The notes under the pieces are model-generated. The model made no database searches. It was given only the letters and a program-made list of their open reading frames with translations, and was not told where the DNA came from. Of a stretch of DNA of 64,000 nt, positions 12,970 to 25,200 are shown one piece after another. Every line of letters starts with the position of its first letter. Within the stretch, counting starts at the first letter, position 1. This DNA comes from Camelus ferus. Its lineage: Eukaryota. Both the position numbers and the translations under genes were made by a program. The stretch lies in assembly GCF_009834535.1 (NCBI RefSeq), contig NC_045696.1, positions 18,230,001 through 18,294,000 of the forward strand, read 5' to 3'.

Positions 12970-13271
12970 TAGGAGAAGCTGGACATGGTCAGAAGAGCCG
13001 GCTCACTGCTGCTTAGTCCCATGCCTGAGTGTCCAATAGGCCTCTGGGGAAGAGTGGCCCATAGGCCCAAGAGACCCACAGACTGACACAGGATGTCAGT
13101 TTCTTATGTCAGTGGCCCAAGGGCGGAGGCCTCTTGGGAAATGATTTCTGGGGATGGTCAAGGATGGGTTTCTGGCCAAAGAGGTTTGTAGTGGAGGGAT
13201 CCTGAGGGGCCTTGGCCATGATGATTAAAGCTGCCATCCTGAAAAAGAAAACAAACAAACAAACAAACAAA
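12970..13271 (+). pseudogene. 5'-truncated processed retrocopy (mRNA 3' end), parent gene not recognised
   Basis: ~270 bp GC-rich non-repeat sequence inserted into an MLT1 LTR; ATTAAA at 13224-13229, then 12 nt, then an A-rich tail aaaaagaaaa(caaa)n at 13242-13271; LTR resumes at ccttgtgattacattg. Confidence 0.65.
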
Positions 13272-15373
13272 CCTTGTGATTACATTGAGCCCACCTAGAC
13301 AATCTGGAAAATTCTGGGATGTCTCCCCATCTCAAGATTCTCAACTTAGTCGCCGCTGCAAACTTGCTTTCACATATTCACAAATTCTGAGGATTAAGAC
13401 ACGGCACCTTTGTAGGGCCATTATCCTGCCAACCGTAGGGTATATTTTGGACCCCAAAGATTTAATTCCATCTCACACACAAAATGAAATCATACCATAG
13501 CAACATCTCCAGAAGTTTCAACCAATTATGGCCTTGACTCAAGTCCAAATCATGTCTCATCGGCTCAACACTCCCAAATCTCAGCATTTAAATCAGGTTT
13601 GAGTAAAGCTTTGGTTGTAATTCATCTTAGGGCAAAATTCCACTCTGTCTGTAGGTCTGTGGAACAAGAATACAAGTTATATGCCTCCAAAATGCAATGG
13701 CGGGGCAGATGGTAGTTACTGATATTCCTACTCAAAATAGGAGAAAACAGAAGCAAAAAAGGAGTTGACAGTTCACACGGTTTTGAAACCCAGCTGGGCA
13801 CACAGCATTAGCTTTCAAAGCACTAGCTTTCTTTGGCTCTCAGCTCTACTCCCTGAGTCAGGGCTCCTGTACCCTCACAGTTAACCTTTATCTTTTAGGA
13901 GTGTAGCTCATGTCTGCAGCTTAGTAATTTTACCTGTCTGTTTTCTGCTACAGAATTTTGAGAGCTCAACAGCCGTCTTTCAATCATTTCATCCTCTCTC
14001 TGTCCCTTTTGGTCAAGCTAGCAGATTGTCTGTTGGTAAAAAATTTTTAGGACCCTTGTGAGTTCCCCATGTATGTCATGGGGATTTGCTCTATCAGACA
14101 AGAGGCTTTACAACAGATCTCTCCTGAATAATACATACTTACTCCTGGCTTCTTTCCAGATGCCTGAGGTGATGCATGAGTTGAAACACCTTCAAAGAAT
14201 CTTTTTGGGAGTGAACACTATGTATGACCTTTTGTTCCTTCCTCGGCACTAGCGACTTTTTCCAGTCATACCCATGGCATTCTTTCTAGAGCATATTGTC
14301 CTGACGGTGAACCTCCTAATTTAGCATCTTTTGCAGTCTGGATAGGCTGATTTTGTTTTCAAATAATTAAATTCTGTTTCCTTTTACTTCATAGTTCTTC
14401 CCTCAGTGTATTCCTTTCCTCCTGCATTTTACTCTGGGCAGCAAGAAGCAACCATGTCACATCTTCAGCATTTTGCTTGGAAATTTTCCTCAGTTAAATT
14501 TCCAAGTTTATCACATACAAAATTTTCTTTGCACAGAGCTGCAAGACACAATTCAGCCAAACTTCCTGCCACTGAATAAGAAGGATATCTCTCCTCCAGT
14601 TTCCAATAACATGTTTTTCATTTCTGTTTGAGTCCTCACCAGAAATACCTTTAATGTCCATATACATCTGTCACCAGTCAGCTTACAATGAGTTAGGGAT
14701 TCTCTAAGGTGATATGTTTTCTCTACCATGCTCATCACTTTCTTCTAAGCCTTCACCAGTGGAGTCTTAAATATCCATATTTCTACTAAAAGTCTGTTCA
14801 AGGCAATCTAAGTTGTTTCTAGAATGCTCCTCAATTTTTTTCCAGTTTCTGACCAACCCCCAATTTCAAAATCATTTATTGTTTTTTAGGTAATTGTTAG
14901 AGCAACACACTACTTCCAGGCATTATCTGTAATAATTTCCTTAGGCTGCTGTAATAAATTCCCATAAATGTGGTAGTTTAAGACCACATAAAAATAATAG
15001 CTTATAGTTCTAGAGATCAGAAGTCTGAAATGAGTCTTACTGGGCTGAAATCAAGATGTTGGCAAGGCTGCACTTGTTCTGGAGGCTCCCAGGGAGAATC
15101 TGTTTTCTTGCCATTCTTGGCTCCATGGACCACTTCCATCTTCAAAGCCAGCAATGATTGGTCCAAGCTTTTTCATGCTGCATTACTCTGACACTGACTT
15201 TTCTATTTCCCTCTTTCGCTTATGAGGACATTTCTAATTATTTTGGGCCCATCAGGGTATTCTCCCAATCTCAAGATTCTTATTGTAGCCTCCACCTGCA
15301 GAGGGACTTTGATATATACCATGTTATATTCACAGGCTCTGGAATTCTTGGAGGAAGAATTCTGCCTACCATA

Positions 15374-15664
15374 GTTTTCATACAGTTCCCTCCTAAGATG
15401 GGGAGTCTCTAAAGTTTGTGGTTCCTCATTGATGACACAAATTCAACATCACCCAAAGCTGCTTTGCATCACCTTTGGGACATGGGAAGGAAAATTAACT
15501 GGAGCAAATCTGGATCTTGTGGCATATGCAGTGATTTGAGGCATGTACAGTTCTTTGTCTCTGAGGACTCTGATGTCCTCTGTTAGCATCAGTGGGATTG
15601 TGGCAGGCCAATTTGCTAGCTTTCAAACAGGATAAAAATCTCAAACTTTTCTCAGTATTTGACT
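15374..15664 (+). mobile_element. ERV-class (MER-type) LTR, 3' part
   Basis: ...tgtggcaggccaatttgctagctttcaaacaggataaaaatctcaaacttttctcagtatttgac resembles the recalled LTR end (..gtagggtaaaatctcagacccttcacagttcttgaca). Confidence 0.55.
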
Positions 15665-15964
15665 ACCTTAGCCTCATTAAATCTAACTTTATATCTAACT
15701 CTAAAGACTACATTGTTGACTATAGTGTTGCTAAACATTCTGTTACTATATTACAATAAACCCCTTTCTCTAATTTTTAATAACATTTCCTTCTCTTCTG
15801 GTAAGTTCTCTCTGGTAGATCTATCAAAGACCATAAAATTCTATTAAATGCTTCAAAAAACGCTTTAGACTTTTACTATCATTCTTAAGTTTTACTGTCT
15901 GGTTTCAAAGCCATTCCCACATTTCAAGTTTGTTTCTTTAGGATGCAGATTCTGATACCAAAAT
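15665..15964 (-). mobile_element. MaLR internal region (outer element, part 2)
   Basis: Resumes the internal sequence broken at 12603 (paralogous to 14490-14910); ends ttctgatacca, i.e. tggtatcagaa (PBS-like) on the minus strand next to the LTR. Confidence 0.65.
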
Positions 15965-16484
15965 ATGCACGGTGTTATTTTGCTTTGTAACAAATTGTCT
16001 TAAAATACAGCAGCTTGACACGATAAGCACTTACTTCTTATGCAGTGTCTGAGGGTCGAGATTCTGGGAGGGGCTTTGCTGAAAATGCCTGTCTCTGGAT
16101 CTCCCACAGGATGGCAGCCGTACTGTTGGTTGGTGATTCAAGGCTCTGAGACTCAAGACTCCAAGTCCTGTGAACATATCTCCAAGCTCCTTCACTGTGG
16201 TTATTGTCGGGCTTCATCCTTCTTGGCTCTTGGCGAGGGGTTTTGTTTCCTCATCATGTAGTTTTCTCCATAAGGCTGCTCACAACATAAAAGCTTGTTT
16301 CCCAAGAGTGATTGATGAGAGCAGGAGCAATTATAATTTAATCTTAGGAGTGACAAACCATTAATTCTGTCATAATGCTGCTTGACATACAGACCAACCC
16401 AGTATCACATGGAGGAAACTACACCAGGGGATCAAGATTAGTTGCTGAGATCATTGAGGGCTTTGCTGGTGGCTTGGTACCACA
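15965..16484 (-). mobile_element. MaLR LTR (MLT1F/G-like), 5' LTR of the outer element
   Basis: tgttattttgctttgtaacaaattgtcttaaaa...tccaagctccttcactgtggttattg...cagaccaaccc...ggtaccaca; homologous to 11019-11555. Confidence 0.75.
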
Positions 16485-16819
16485 AATTCTATTGTTTGAT
16501 ACTTATTGTACCAAAATTAGTCCTAACTAGTCATATATCAAAATTTTTGATAATTTTGATAATATTAATGCAAAACTTCTATATACAGTAAATACTTTTG
16601 TTATGTATCTGAAATAAGAAATCATTGTTTTATGCCTAGATTAGGTAATTTTTTAAAATTTTGCAATCATGAAGAAAATAATGTTTTCTAGAATACTTAT
16701 TTTCTGTATAAGTGTATTTGTATATGGAATTATCTGAAAATAAATACATTCATAATATTAAGTGGAAAACAGATGCCTGAGTAGCATAATTCATGGCACC
16801 CCAGAGTATTCAGAATTTG

Positions 16820-17600
16820 TCATTGTCTGGATGAGCATGAACACAGCTTCATCTCCATGACTTGGCCCCTTTGTCATCTCTCTGATCCCATCTACTGTCA
16901 TCTCCCCTCCACCATAGAAATACTCCGTTCTGGCCACTCAGGGCTTCTATTCTGGTGAGTACAGTCATGCCTCATTTTATTGTGTTTCACTTTACTGCCC
17001 TTTGCAGATGCTGCCATTTTTGTAAATTGAATGTTTGTGGGAATCCTGCACAGAGCAAGTGTATCAGTGCTATTTTTCCAACAGCATTATTTTTAATTAA
17101 AGTATATACATTGGTTTTATCAGACATTATGCTATTGCACACTTACTAGACTGCAGCATAGCATAAACATGTCTTTAACATGCATTGGTAAACCAAAAAA
17201 TTCATGTGACTCACTTTATTGTGATATTAGCTTTCTTGAGTGGTCTGGAACCAAACCCCTAGTATCTCCAAGGTATACCTGTTCCTCTACCTGTAATGCT
17301 CTTCCATAGATACTCCCATGGCTCATTCTTTCACCTCTTTCAAAGCTTTGATCAAATATCACCTTCTCAGTGAGAACTTCTCTTGTTGGAATTTGAATTA
17401 ACCCATGCTGTGCAACCAATTTCCAATTCCAGATTCAATTTTTAAAATGCATTTACAAGCTTCCATAACGCTATGCAGTTTATGCTTTGCTTTTATTGTC
17501 TTCCCCTAATACCAAAATGTAGTTTCTGTGAGGCAGAGATTTTTGACTGTCTTCTTCATTCATGGTTCCTTCACAACCTTAAGAGATGTCCAGGCATAAT
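16820..17600 (+). mobile_element. L2 3' region, interrupted by a Tigger1 derivative; remnant continues ~17975-18060
   Basis: ttcctctacctgtaatgctcttcc..tcaaatatcaccttctcagtgag..tgtgaggcagagatttttgactgtcttcttca are L2 3' motifs. Confidence 0.7.
16962..17281 (+). mobile_element. Tigger1 internal-deletion derivative (TcMar-Tigger DNA transposon)
   Basis: Preceded by TA; starts cagtcatgcctcattttattg, ends gtggtctggaaccaaacc..tatctccaaggtatacctg (Tigger1 termini). Confidence 0.85.
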
Positions 17601-17601
17601 C

Positions 17602-17972
17602 TGAAACCAGGCAGAGGACAGGGAGACAGAAGAAAGTGGTGGATCATTACAGATTGGCAAGTGGTAGGTTTAAGGAGCAAAGGAACTTATTTAAGAGGCT
17701 TGTGGTGGGCATAATAAGGTATGTCCACCATATCTTAAAAGTTTATTTAGAAGAATTACTGGTTTCAGTCAGAACCCAGTCCAGATAGCCTCAACACCAC
17801 AATTCTGTTTCAGAGTGGTATCCTTGGAGCAGTTTCTGAAAAGTGGGTAAAACAAGCAGAATGCACATTACAAGGACCAAGGAGGTGGGGGAGCCTCCAG
17901 TTGCCCCAGTTGCGCAGGTCCAGCTTGAGGGACATCTCAGCGGTCATGTCTTTTTGATGGACTCTTCCAACA
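17602..17972 (-). mobile_element. Solo ERV LTR, family unknown, inserted in the L2 tail
   Basis: TG...CA bounded (tgaaaccagg...cttccaaca), ~370 bp, more GC-rich than flanks, splits the L2 end. Confidence 0.5.
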
Positions 17973-19220
17973 CTCAGGAATCTCTGGCAGTTAGAATACT
18001 GACTAGAACCTTGTAGGAACTCAAAGACTATGTGCTGAACAAAGGAATTGTGGAGCTTTGTGAAATAGCAGGCGAACAAGTTCATCTGCAGTTTGAATAC
18101 AACATATTAGATGCTTCCTTTGCTTTAATGAATAAATTGTTGTTTTGAAATATAAGAAAATGGACTTACTTAGAGACTAAGATCATCACTGCACGTTTAT
18201 TTGGAAATACTTCTTATCTTCTTGGCTATTGTCACATTGGGAGCTATTAAGGAATGTAGGACTGTTTTTGATTAACATTGTTGCTCCAATATTCTTATGA
18301 TCAGTTAATGTCAGTTAATAACTGTTGCTGAAGTACACAAAACATTATTGATTACTTCAATTAAGAAAAAGTTATTTCATAAATTTTTTAGCACAACTTT
18401 AAAGCAATAGACAGAAGTTATCTTCTGCAGTGACTTGAAAGGCTGAATAATCCAGCTGATTTTTAGTTTTCCTATAGAGCTTGAATTGTTATTAAGGTTA
18501 TATGATAATAAACTTTATTTTTTCTATTGAGCATCATGCCAATATATGATTTTTTTTCAGTTAATGGGATTGCTATTATACTTTATAATAACATTTGCCA
18601 ATTTGATATCTCTTTTACTCAAAGGAAGATCAAAGGGCTTTTTGCTCTCTGATCTCTAGTTCTTCAAACATCCTTGAATGACATTTCTTATTACTTTCTG
18701 AAAATACCCAAGATAAGGCAGAATGTCTGCAATATAACATAGGATAACTTCATACCAAAAAGACAGAATAGCAAAAAGTATTAATTTTATGTTAGCCAGA
18801 GCTGTTGGCAGCACTTTCATTACCACTTTAAAAGAAAATCTCAATTGATACAATATTTTGGAAGTTACTTACTCTTCTTCCTTCAGATTCTGCTTAATAT
18901 TAATGCAATTAACAATCCACTGAGTTTCAAGTATCTTACATCTTTCTGTGTCTTATAACTTCTTCCTTCTCTCTTTTATCTTTTGTAAAGGCTTTCAAGT
19001 TGAGGGAGAACTATGATGATATTGTGAGTGAGAACTTCAGATCATTAACCCTGTTCAATCAGATCAGTGTTGACCATTTCCACTTTAATCACTATTTTTC
19101 CATATTAGCATTTCTTTGACGAAATAACAACTGCTTTGGATGGAAAAATATTTTAAAAATCATGGTTATAAACTATATTATTGTGTGGTTCTTTTGCCCC
19201 CAAAAGACGTAATAACCAAG

Positions 19221-19663
19221 TGCACTGGATGAAGTGTCCTCCCAAAATTCATGTCGACCCAGAATCTCATGTGACCATATTTGGAAACATGATCTTTTCA
19301 GATGCAATTAATTAAGTGAAGATGAGGTTCTACTGAATTAGAGTGGGCCATACTTCCAATAACTTATAAGGAAGCCAGGTGATAATGCAGACAGATATAG
19401 AGGGAGAACACCACATGACAGCAGAAGCAGAGATTGGAGCGAAGCACCTAAAAGCCAAAGAATGCCAAGAAGTGGGACCAGTAACCACCAGAAGCTGGGA
19501 AGAGGCCAGGGAAATTCTTCCCTGACTTTCGGAGTGAGCATGGCTCTGTCTGCACCTTGATTTCAGGTTTCTACCTTTCACAACTGTGAGAGAATAAATC
19601 TCTGTTGGTTTAAGTCCCTCAGTTTGTGGTGCTGTGTTACAGCAGCCCTAGGAAACTAATACA
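19221..19663 (+). mobile_element. MaLR solo LTR (MLT1C-like)
   Basis: cccaaaattcatgtc..gaagcagagattggagcgaagc..agccaaagaatgccaag..caactgtgagagaataaa..gttacagcagccctaggaaactaataca. Confidence 0.9.
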
Positions 19664-20281
19664 CTAATATTAAATCTATGAGATGTCTCTCTAGAAAGAC
19701 TTATTTCACAATATTTTGAAAATCTTTGTATTTTCCATATGTTATAAATGTCTGACCTATACATTATCTTGAGCACCTTTTATGTGAATGTCACTGTAAG
19801 CTGCAATTATTCAGAAGTCAACCACTCACATTAACCATACACATTAAAATTGGTAACAATTTTTTCTTGATTTACCATGAATATGCATTCTAAGGCTCAA
19901 ATTATGTGTTTCTTTTTCAAAAGAAAAATCTAGTCATCAGATTATAAGAAATGAGGCAATGTGATACGTCTTAAAAGAACATACACAATTGGCATATGAT
20001 TCCATCACATGGAGGAAACAACAGTGAAGATGCTCTGGAGACCATAGAGATATGCCTGATGCTCCCTGTCCTAACTTACCTTCCTCTTTAAACTGGATAA
20101 ATCTTTTATTTTAAAGGCCCTCAGGACACACATATTAAAAACATGGATACTAGGTTTGAGGTTTCCTAAGTTATTATCCAGTTCTAAAATTCTGATTTCA
20201 GTTTTCTTCTCTCATATTTGGACATTTTAATTAATAATTATCAAATATTAAGCAGCAATGGAAAGTGTTTCTTGAAAGGTA

Positions 20282-20610
20282 GTAAGGACTGAATTGTGTT
20301 CCTAAATTCATATGTTGGAGCCCTCACACCTAGTACGTCCGAAAGTGACTGTATTTAAAGACAACGTCTTTAAATACGTAAATAAGTTGAAAAGCTCTTG
20401 TTACGGTGAGCCCAGATCCAATCTGGCTGGTGTCTTTATAAGGATTTGGACCTGTACAGAATCACCAGAAGAAAGACCTGTTTGAGACACAGAGAGACCT
20501 AGGCTATTTACAAGCCAAAAGCTAGGCCTCCGGAGACACCAGCTCCACCAACACCTCGACACCTTGACAGCTCTGTCTCAGACGTCTAGCCTCCAGAACT
20601 GTGAAACTAT
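20282..20610 (+). mobile_element. MaLR LTR (MLT1A/B-like), 3'-truncated
   Basis: gactgaattgtgttcctaaattcatatgttggagccctcacacc..gtgactgtattt..ctagcctccagaactgtga. Confidence 0.8.
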
Positions 20611-20639
20611 TTAGAATAGCACTGAAATATGGAAATTAA

Positions 20640-20915
20640 GGAACAGTAACAAACCAATAGAAGACATTACATTAAAGTGGAGATATATTAATGAAAGAGT
20701 GAAGATATATATGATGTTCATTGATTGGAAATGATATTGTTGCTATTAATTACTTATTAATAATGTCTGGATATCACAAAGCCTGAATTAAAACCCAGCA
20801 GATAATTTTTGTTTAATTGATGAGATGATTTAAGATTTACATAGAAATTAAAAGTATCTGATTTAGTTATAGAAATTTTGAAAAATAATAAAGTTGGAGA
20901 AATTATACTATGTAT
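20640..20915 (+). mobile_element. L1 ORF2 3' fragment (continues at 22500-22800)
   Basis: gaagatatatatgatgttcattgattggaa..gaaaaataataaagttggagaaattatact. Confidence 0.65.
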
Positions 20916-21073
20916 TTGAGATATTCTTAAGCTCAGAGATTCTTTCCTCAGCCGTGTTCAGTTTACTAATAAGCCCATCATCAAAGGAACTCTTCATTTC
21001 TGTTACAATTTTTGATCTCTAGCCATGCTTTTTGGTTGTTTCTAAGAACGTCCATGTCTTTGTTAATGTTTAA

Positions 21074-21128
21074 TTTTTTTTTTCCGGGGGGGCAGGGAAG
21101 GTAACTAAGTTTATTTATGCATTTTAAT
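21074..21128 (-). mobile_element. 3' tail of a Vic-1-like camelid tRNA-derived SINE, 5'-truncated
   Basis: T-tract + gggggg..ggtaactaagtttatttat..ttttaat is the reverse of the recalled Vic-1 tail (aaataaataaacctaattacctcccccc-polyA). Confidence 0.5.
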
Positions 21129-21260
21129 TAATTTTTTAAATTTTGTTAATTCCAACATCCCTGCCTCATATAGCTGAGTCTTGTTCTCTCTCCTCCAGAT
21201 TCTGGTTTTTTGTCCTTTAATATGTCTTGCAATTTTTTCTTGACAGCCAAGCATCATGTA

Positions 21261-21745
21261 TAGTCATTCTTCGTTTTTTATTCTTTACTTTACAGTGAAG
21301 TGCTTTATAAATATTGCCTTTTCTACAAATTGAAGTTTTGGGGCAGGCCTGCATTGAACAAGTCTACCCCCTGCCATTTTTCCAACAGCATTTGCTTACT
21401 GTGTGTCTGTCACAATTTGGTATTTTTTCAACATTTCAAACTTTTAAATTATTATTTTGTTTGTTATGATGGGCTGTGATCAGCGATCTTTGACGTTACC
21501 ACTATGACTCTCTAAAGGCTCAGGTTGATGGTCAAAATTTTAACAATAAAGTATATTTCTAGCAATCAAGTTCGTACTTACTTTAGGTGTTATGTTATTG
21601 CACACTTAATAGACTATAGTATAGTGTAATCCCAACTTTGTATGCACTGGGAAACCAAAAAATTTGTGTGACTCACTTTATTGCAATATTTGCTTTATTC
21701 TGGTGGTCTAGGGCTGAACCTGCAAAATCTCCATGGCATGTCTGT
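21261..21745 (+). mobile_element. Tigger1 internal-deletion derivative
   Basis: acaaattgaagttttggggc..gccatttttccaacagcatttgctt..gcactgggaaaccaaaaaatttgtgtgactcactttattgc..catgtctg; homologous to 16962-17281 but longer. Confidence 0.85.
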
Positions 21746-22499
21746 GCTGGGTAAAAGGAATTGCTGCAAATAGTAATGTGGTGGTGAGGTTTGAGGGCAG
21801 GGGAGTGCTCTACAGCCCTATGATTAGGTCTCAGATTTTTTAGGTTGTCTGTGCCTCTGGGCTAAATACCACAAGTGTTTCCCAGTTTCTTTCCTCTTCC
21901 TTAGGTGGGACGGAATGGCTCAAGCAGCTGGTCTTGGGTATTTCCCTTCCCTTAGGTCAATTAGGCTCTGATAATACCCCCAGGAGTCTAGGCTCTGATT
22001 AACTAGTTCCCTCTGAGGGCGAGCCTTGTTAAGAAGAACAGAGAGCCCTGGGGTATTTCAAGATGGTTTCTTTTCCCTTCCTCCTTCAGGAAGGTAGACG
22101 GGATTTTTCTCTAATAATTATTCTGGGAACCTGGTTGAACTCCTGGAAGTAAATCTCAGAATATCGCGAGGCCTCCCACAACTCAGTCCCCCTGGAGATT
22201 GTAACTCTCAGACTTGTCTCCACTGGCTCTCCAGGGATTCATTAGTTCCAGCCCAGGTTTTCCTGCCACAGCACTGGTTCCCTCAGCAGTTCCACTCCCG
22301 AGTCCTGCTCTGGTAAGTCGTGACTCCCTGTATTCTCCTGTCCTCTCTTCAATCCTGGGGGCAGAGGGTTGTCCTATGTCCTCCCCTTTCTTATGGATCC
22401 AAGAAAATCAATGTTTTTTTTTATGTCTATTCAGCTTTTTCACTTGTTAAGTCAGTGTGGCACCTTCTGAACTTTTTACCTGGGGACCAGAAACTGGAG

Positions 22500-22800
22500 G
22501 TCTATACCACCAATTTGAAGACTTAGACTAAAGCTATAATAAAAAGTGTGATTTTTGACCTAAGAATTGACATATAGGTCAGTGAAATGGAAGAGAGCAT
22601 TAAAAAATACAGACATAAATATAATCAATTTTTTTGACAAATGAGATGAGGTAATCCAATGGGAAAATAATAACTTTTTCAGAAAATGATTCTGAAACAA
22701 TAATATATATATTCAGTGGAATAATATATCTGTACAAAAAGTCTTACACCATAAACAAAAATTAACTCAAAAAGTATCTTAGATACACTTTATTTAAAAA
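22500..22800 (+). mobile_element. L1 ORF2 3' fragment (continuation of 20640-20915)
   Basis: aatttgaagacttagactaaagctataat..cttacaccataaacaaaaattaactcaaaa. Confidence 0.7.
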
Positions 22801-22946
22801 AAAAATGCTAGGGGAAAGAAATTAAAGACGCTATTCTTCCCTGATAAATTCTCAAAGTGTACATTGAGAGGTCACATCAATTTACGTGAGGAAATTAATC
22901 AAGAATAGCTAATACTGAGGCATATTTCAGTATAGGTGTTTGACTT

Positions 22947-23411
22947 TGTTTCTGTTTGTTTTGCTGCTGCTGTAGCAAATTACCACAGACTTGGTGACTT
23001 ACAACAAATAAGTTGTTATCCTATAGTTTTGAGGGTCAACAGTCTAAAATGAGTTAACAAGAATGTGTTCCTTCTGGAGGCTCTACAGGAAACTCTAAAG
23101 GAGAATTGGTTTCCTTATCTTTCCCAGCTTCTAAGAATCTGCCCTTATTTCTTGTCTTGGGGCCCCACATTTTCCAATTTGTGCTTCCATTATAATAGCT
23201 GCTTCTCTGACTTGAACCCTCCTGCCACCCTCTTATAAGGACCTTGTGATCACATTGGCCCCCACCTAGATAATCCAGGATAATCTCCACGTATCAGAAG
23301 CCTTAACTCAATCACACCTCCTGCTAAGTCCCATTTGCCCTGTTAACATTTTCACAGGTTCTGGGGATTAGGAAATGGACATCTTTGGGGGGCACTATAC
23401 TGTCCACCACT
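22947..23411 (-). mobile_element. MaLR solo LTR (MLT1C/D-like)
   Basis: gctgctgtagcaaattaccacagacttggtgactta..ttataaggaccttgtgatcacattggccc..ttcacaggttctggggattagg..ggacatctttgggggg. Confidence 0.9.
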
Positions 23412-23414
23412 GAT

Positions 23415-25200
23415 TTTAAGAAAAAGAAATAAAATTGTCGTCCAGACAAGAAAAACAAGGGAAATATACCCAGATTATCCTCATACTTTCCAAGAGCAAT
23501 ACTAATGCCAAAGGGAAAGGGAAAATATATATTTAAGAAATATCATGAAAGAAAATATGAGCCAAGTATTCATTTTCTAATTAAACTGACTTCAAATATA
23601 CAGGCCTTAGGAAAAACTGTGATCAACATACAATTGCCTTTGAGGGTTCATAGAATAAGTTTCAGACAATTAGAATGACTAAACAGACATCAAGATAAAC
23701 AATTGTGTATAAGAGTAAAATATATATTCACATGTAAAACTGACAAAAAATGTTTGATATAAGGTGTAGAAAGACTAATTATTATTTAAGAGGGCTACAT
23801 ACCTAGCAATGTACTTACAACTGTAAAAATGGGTAGAGAATGGGGCAAACACATGCAAAAATAATTTAAATATTCATATTACTGGTCATAGCATTGGTAT
23901 CCAAATTTAAGAATATGTGTATGAAATGGGATAAAGCAACTGTGTAATTATGTAGTATTTTAATTCTTTCTTAATGTCCTTGAGGAATTTTTTTTCATGT
24001 GCTAAAAGAATATTCATATATAAGATAGGAGAGATTAAGTAAAGAATCTCCAGCTCCTGAATTGGATTCGAAGTATCAGAAATCAATGTATATTTTACCA
24101 TATATTGCACTGTCAACTGAAAATGGCTAAAAATAATAACAAAATAGTGGGAATAAGTATCTCTAGTGCCTAGATTGCAGCCTTAAAATGACACTTCTTT
24201 AAGTATTATTTATTCCAAGTCCAGGGCAGAAAATGTCCAATGTGTCTTTGGAACATATTGTCATTCTCGGTAACTAGGAGGCAATCACTGCCTTTTAGGA
24301 TCATGTCAGGAGGACTCAGGAACTACAGTTTCCACTGCCAAAAAGAAGTAATTTGAGGATAATTAAGGAAAATTGCTATTATAGATTGAAACGCATCACC
24401 TTTGTTCAATTTCATAGCTTCTACATTACACAAAAATAAGTAGTAACCTTTGGAAAATACTAGGGACTCCATTCATTATTTTGAAAATTAGTATTAAAGA
24501 ACAACAACAAGAAAAAAGACAGAAGCATTTCCGTATAAGAACTAAACTACTTAGTAAAATGGCAGGACACAAATATTCTTTTTTTTATGGCAGATAGCTG
24601 AAATGATAGAATTGTAATATTACTGTTTTCAATTCCTATTGGAAAAAAAAACTTCCAATGATAAAAGCCTTCTGCTAAAGAACCCATCTGTGAAATAAAT
24701 TTGCTAAAAACAGTGAACCTGATTTTGATTAAGCTTTTTAAGTCAATTTTCAATCCATAGAGAATCATATTAAAGTTTGTAATGCAGATAAAAATCTACA
24801 GAATCTAGAATGTAAAGAACTCTGTGTAGAAAAAACATAATGTTTTTTCAATAAGTTAATTGCCAAGAAATCTAGACAGTATCTTTAGATATAAAGAATA
24901 AATGGAAAAAAAAAAAAAACAGAGTTAAACCATAGTCATAAGGGGTACACACTTGGATGGTAAAACTGTTTTTAAAAGGAAGTATTTACTCTCAAATTAG
25001 ATCTGTGACTGATCATAGTGGGAATAGGCCTGTGATTGGGAAGAGCACATGTAAGGTTTCCAGGAGGCACTCAAGGCTCTCTCTCCTATCCTAGGTTTTT
25101 ATAGTATTATTATTTATTATTTTTTATAGTTCATCAAACTACACATTTGTGTTATGGATTTGTTGTGTAGCAATGACACTAGTAAAAAGTTTAAAATAAG
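23415..25200 (+). mobile_element. Ancient L1/HAL1-like remnant (ORF1 C-terminal-like, then L1MC-type 3' UTR)
   Basis: A-rich; attccaagtccagggcagaaaatgtccaatgtg and a terminal ..atagttcatcaaactacacatttgtgtta segment resemble old L1 3' ends. Confidence 0.45.

Larger units (their letters stand above)
12759..15373 (-). mobile_element. Full-structure MaLR (MLT1D-like) element: LTR 12759-13440, internal 13440-14920, LTR ~14925-15373
   Basis: Two homologous LTRs (gctgctgtaa.aaa..; ccatcttca.agtcataaatgg / ccatcttcaaagccagcaatg; atctcaagattct) flank a ~1.5-kb internal region; flanks gttta (12754-58) / gtttt (15374-78) are a 4/5 TSD. Confidence 0.8.
20920..22500 (-). mobile_element. Ancient L1 5' region (5'UTR / ORF1 start, L1MD/L1M4-like)
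   Basis: aagctcagagattctttcctcagccgtgttcagtttactaataagcccatc..; GC-richer 5'UTR-like block ending ggaccagaaactggagg. Confidence 0.65.

Noticed and set aside
15659..15847. L/T-rich hydrophobic ORF resembling a mitochondrial protein (NUMT)
   Set aside because: The DNA is paralogous to the MaLR internal region at 14490-14650 and continues the outer element
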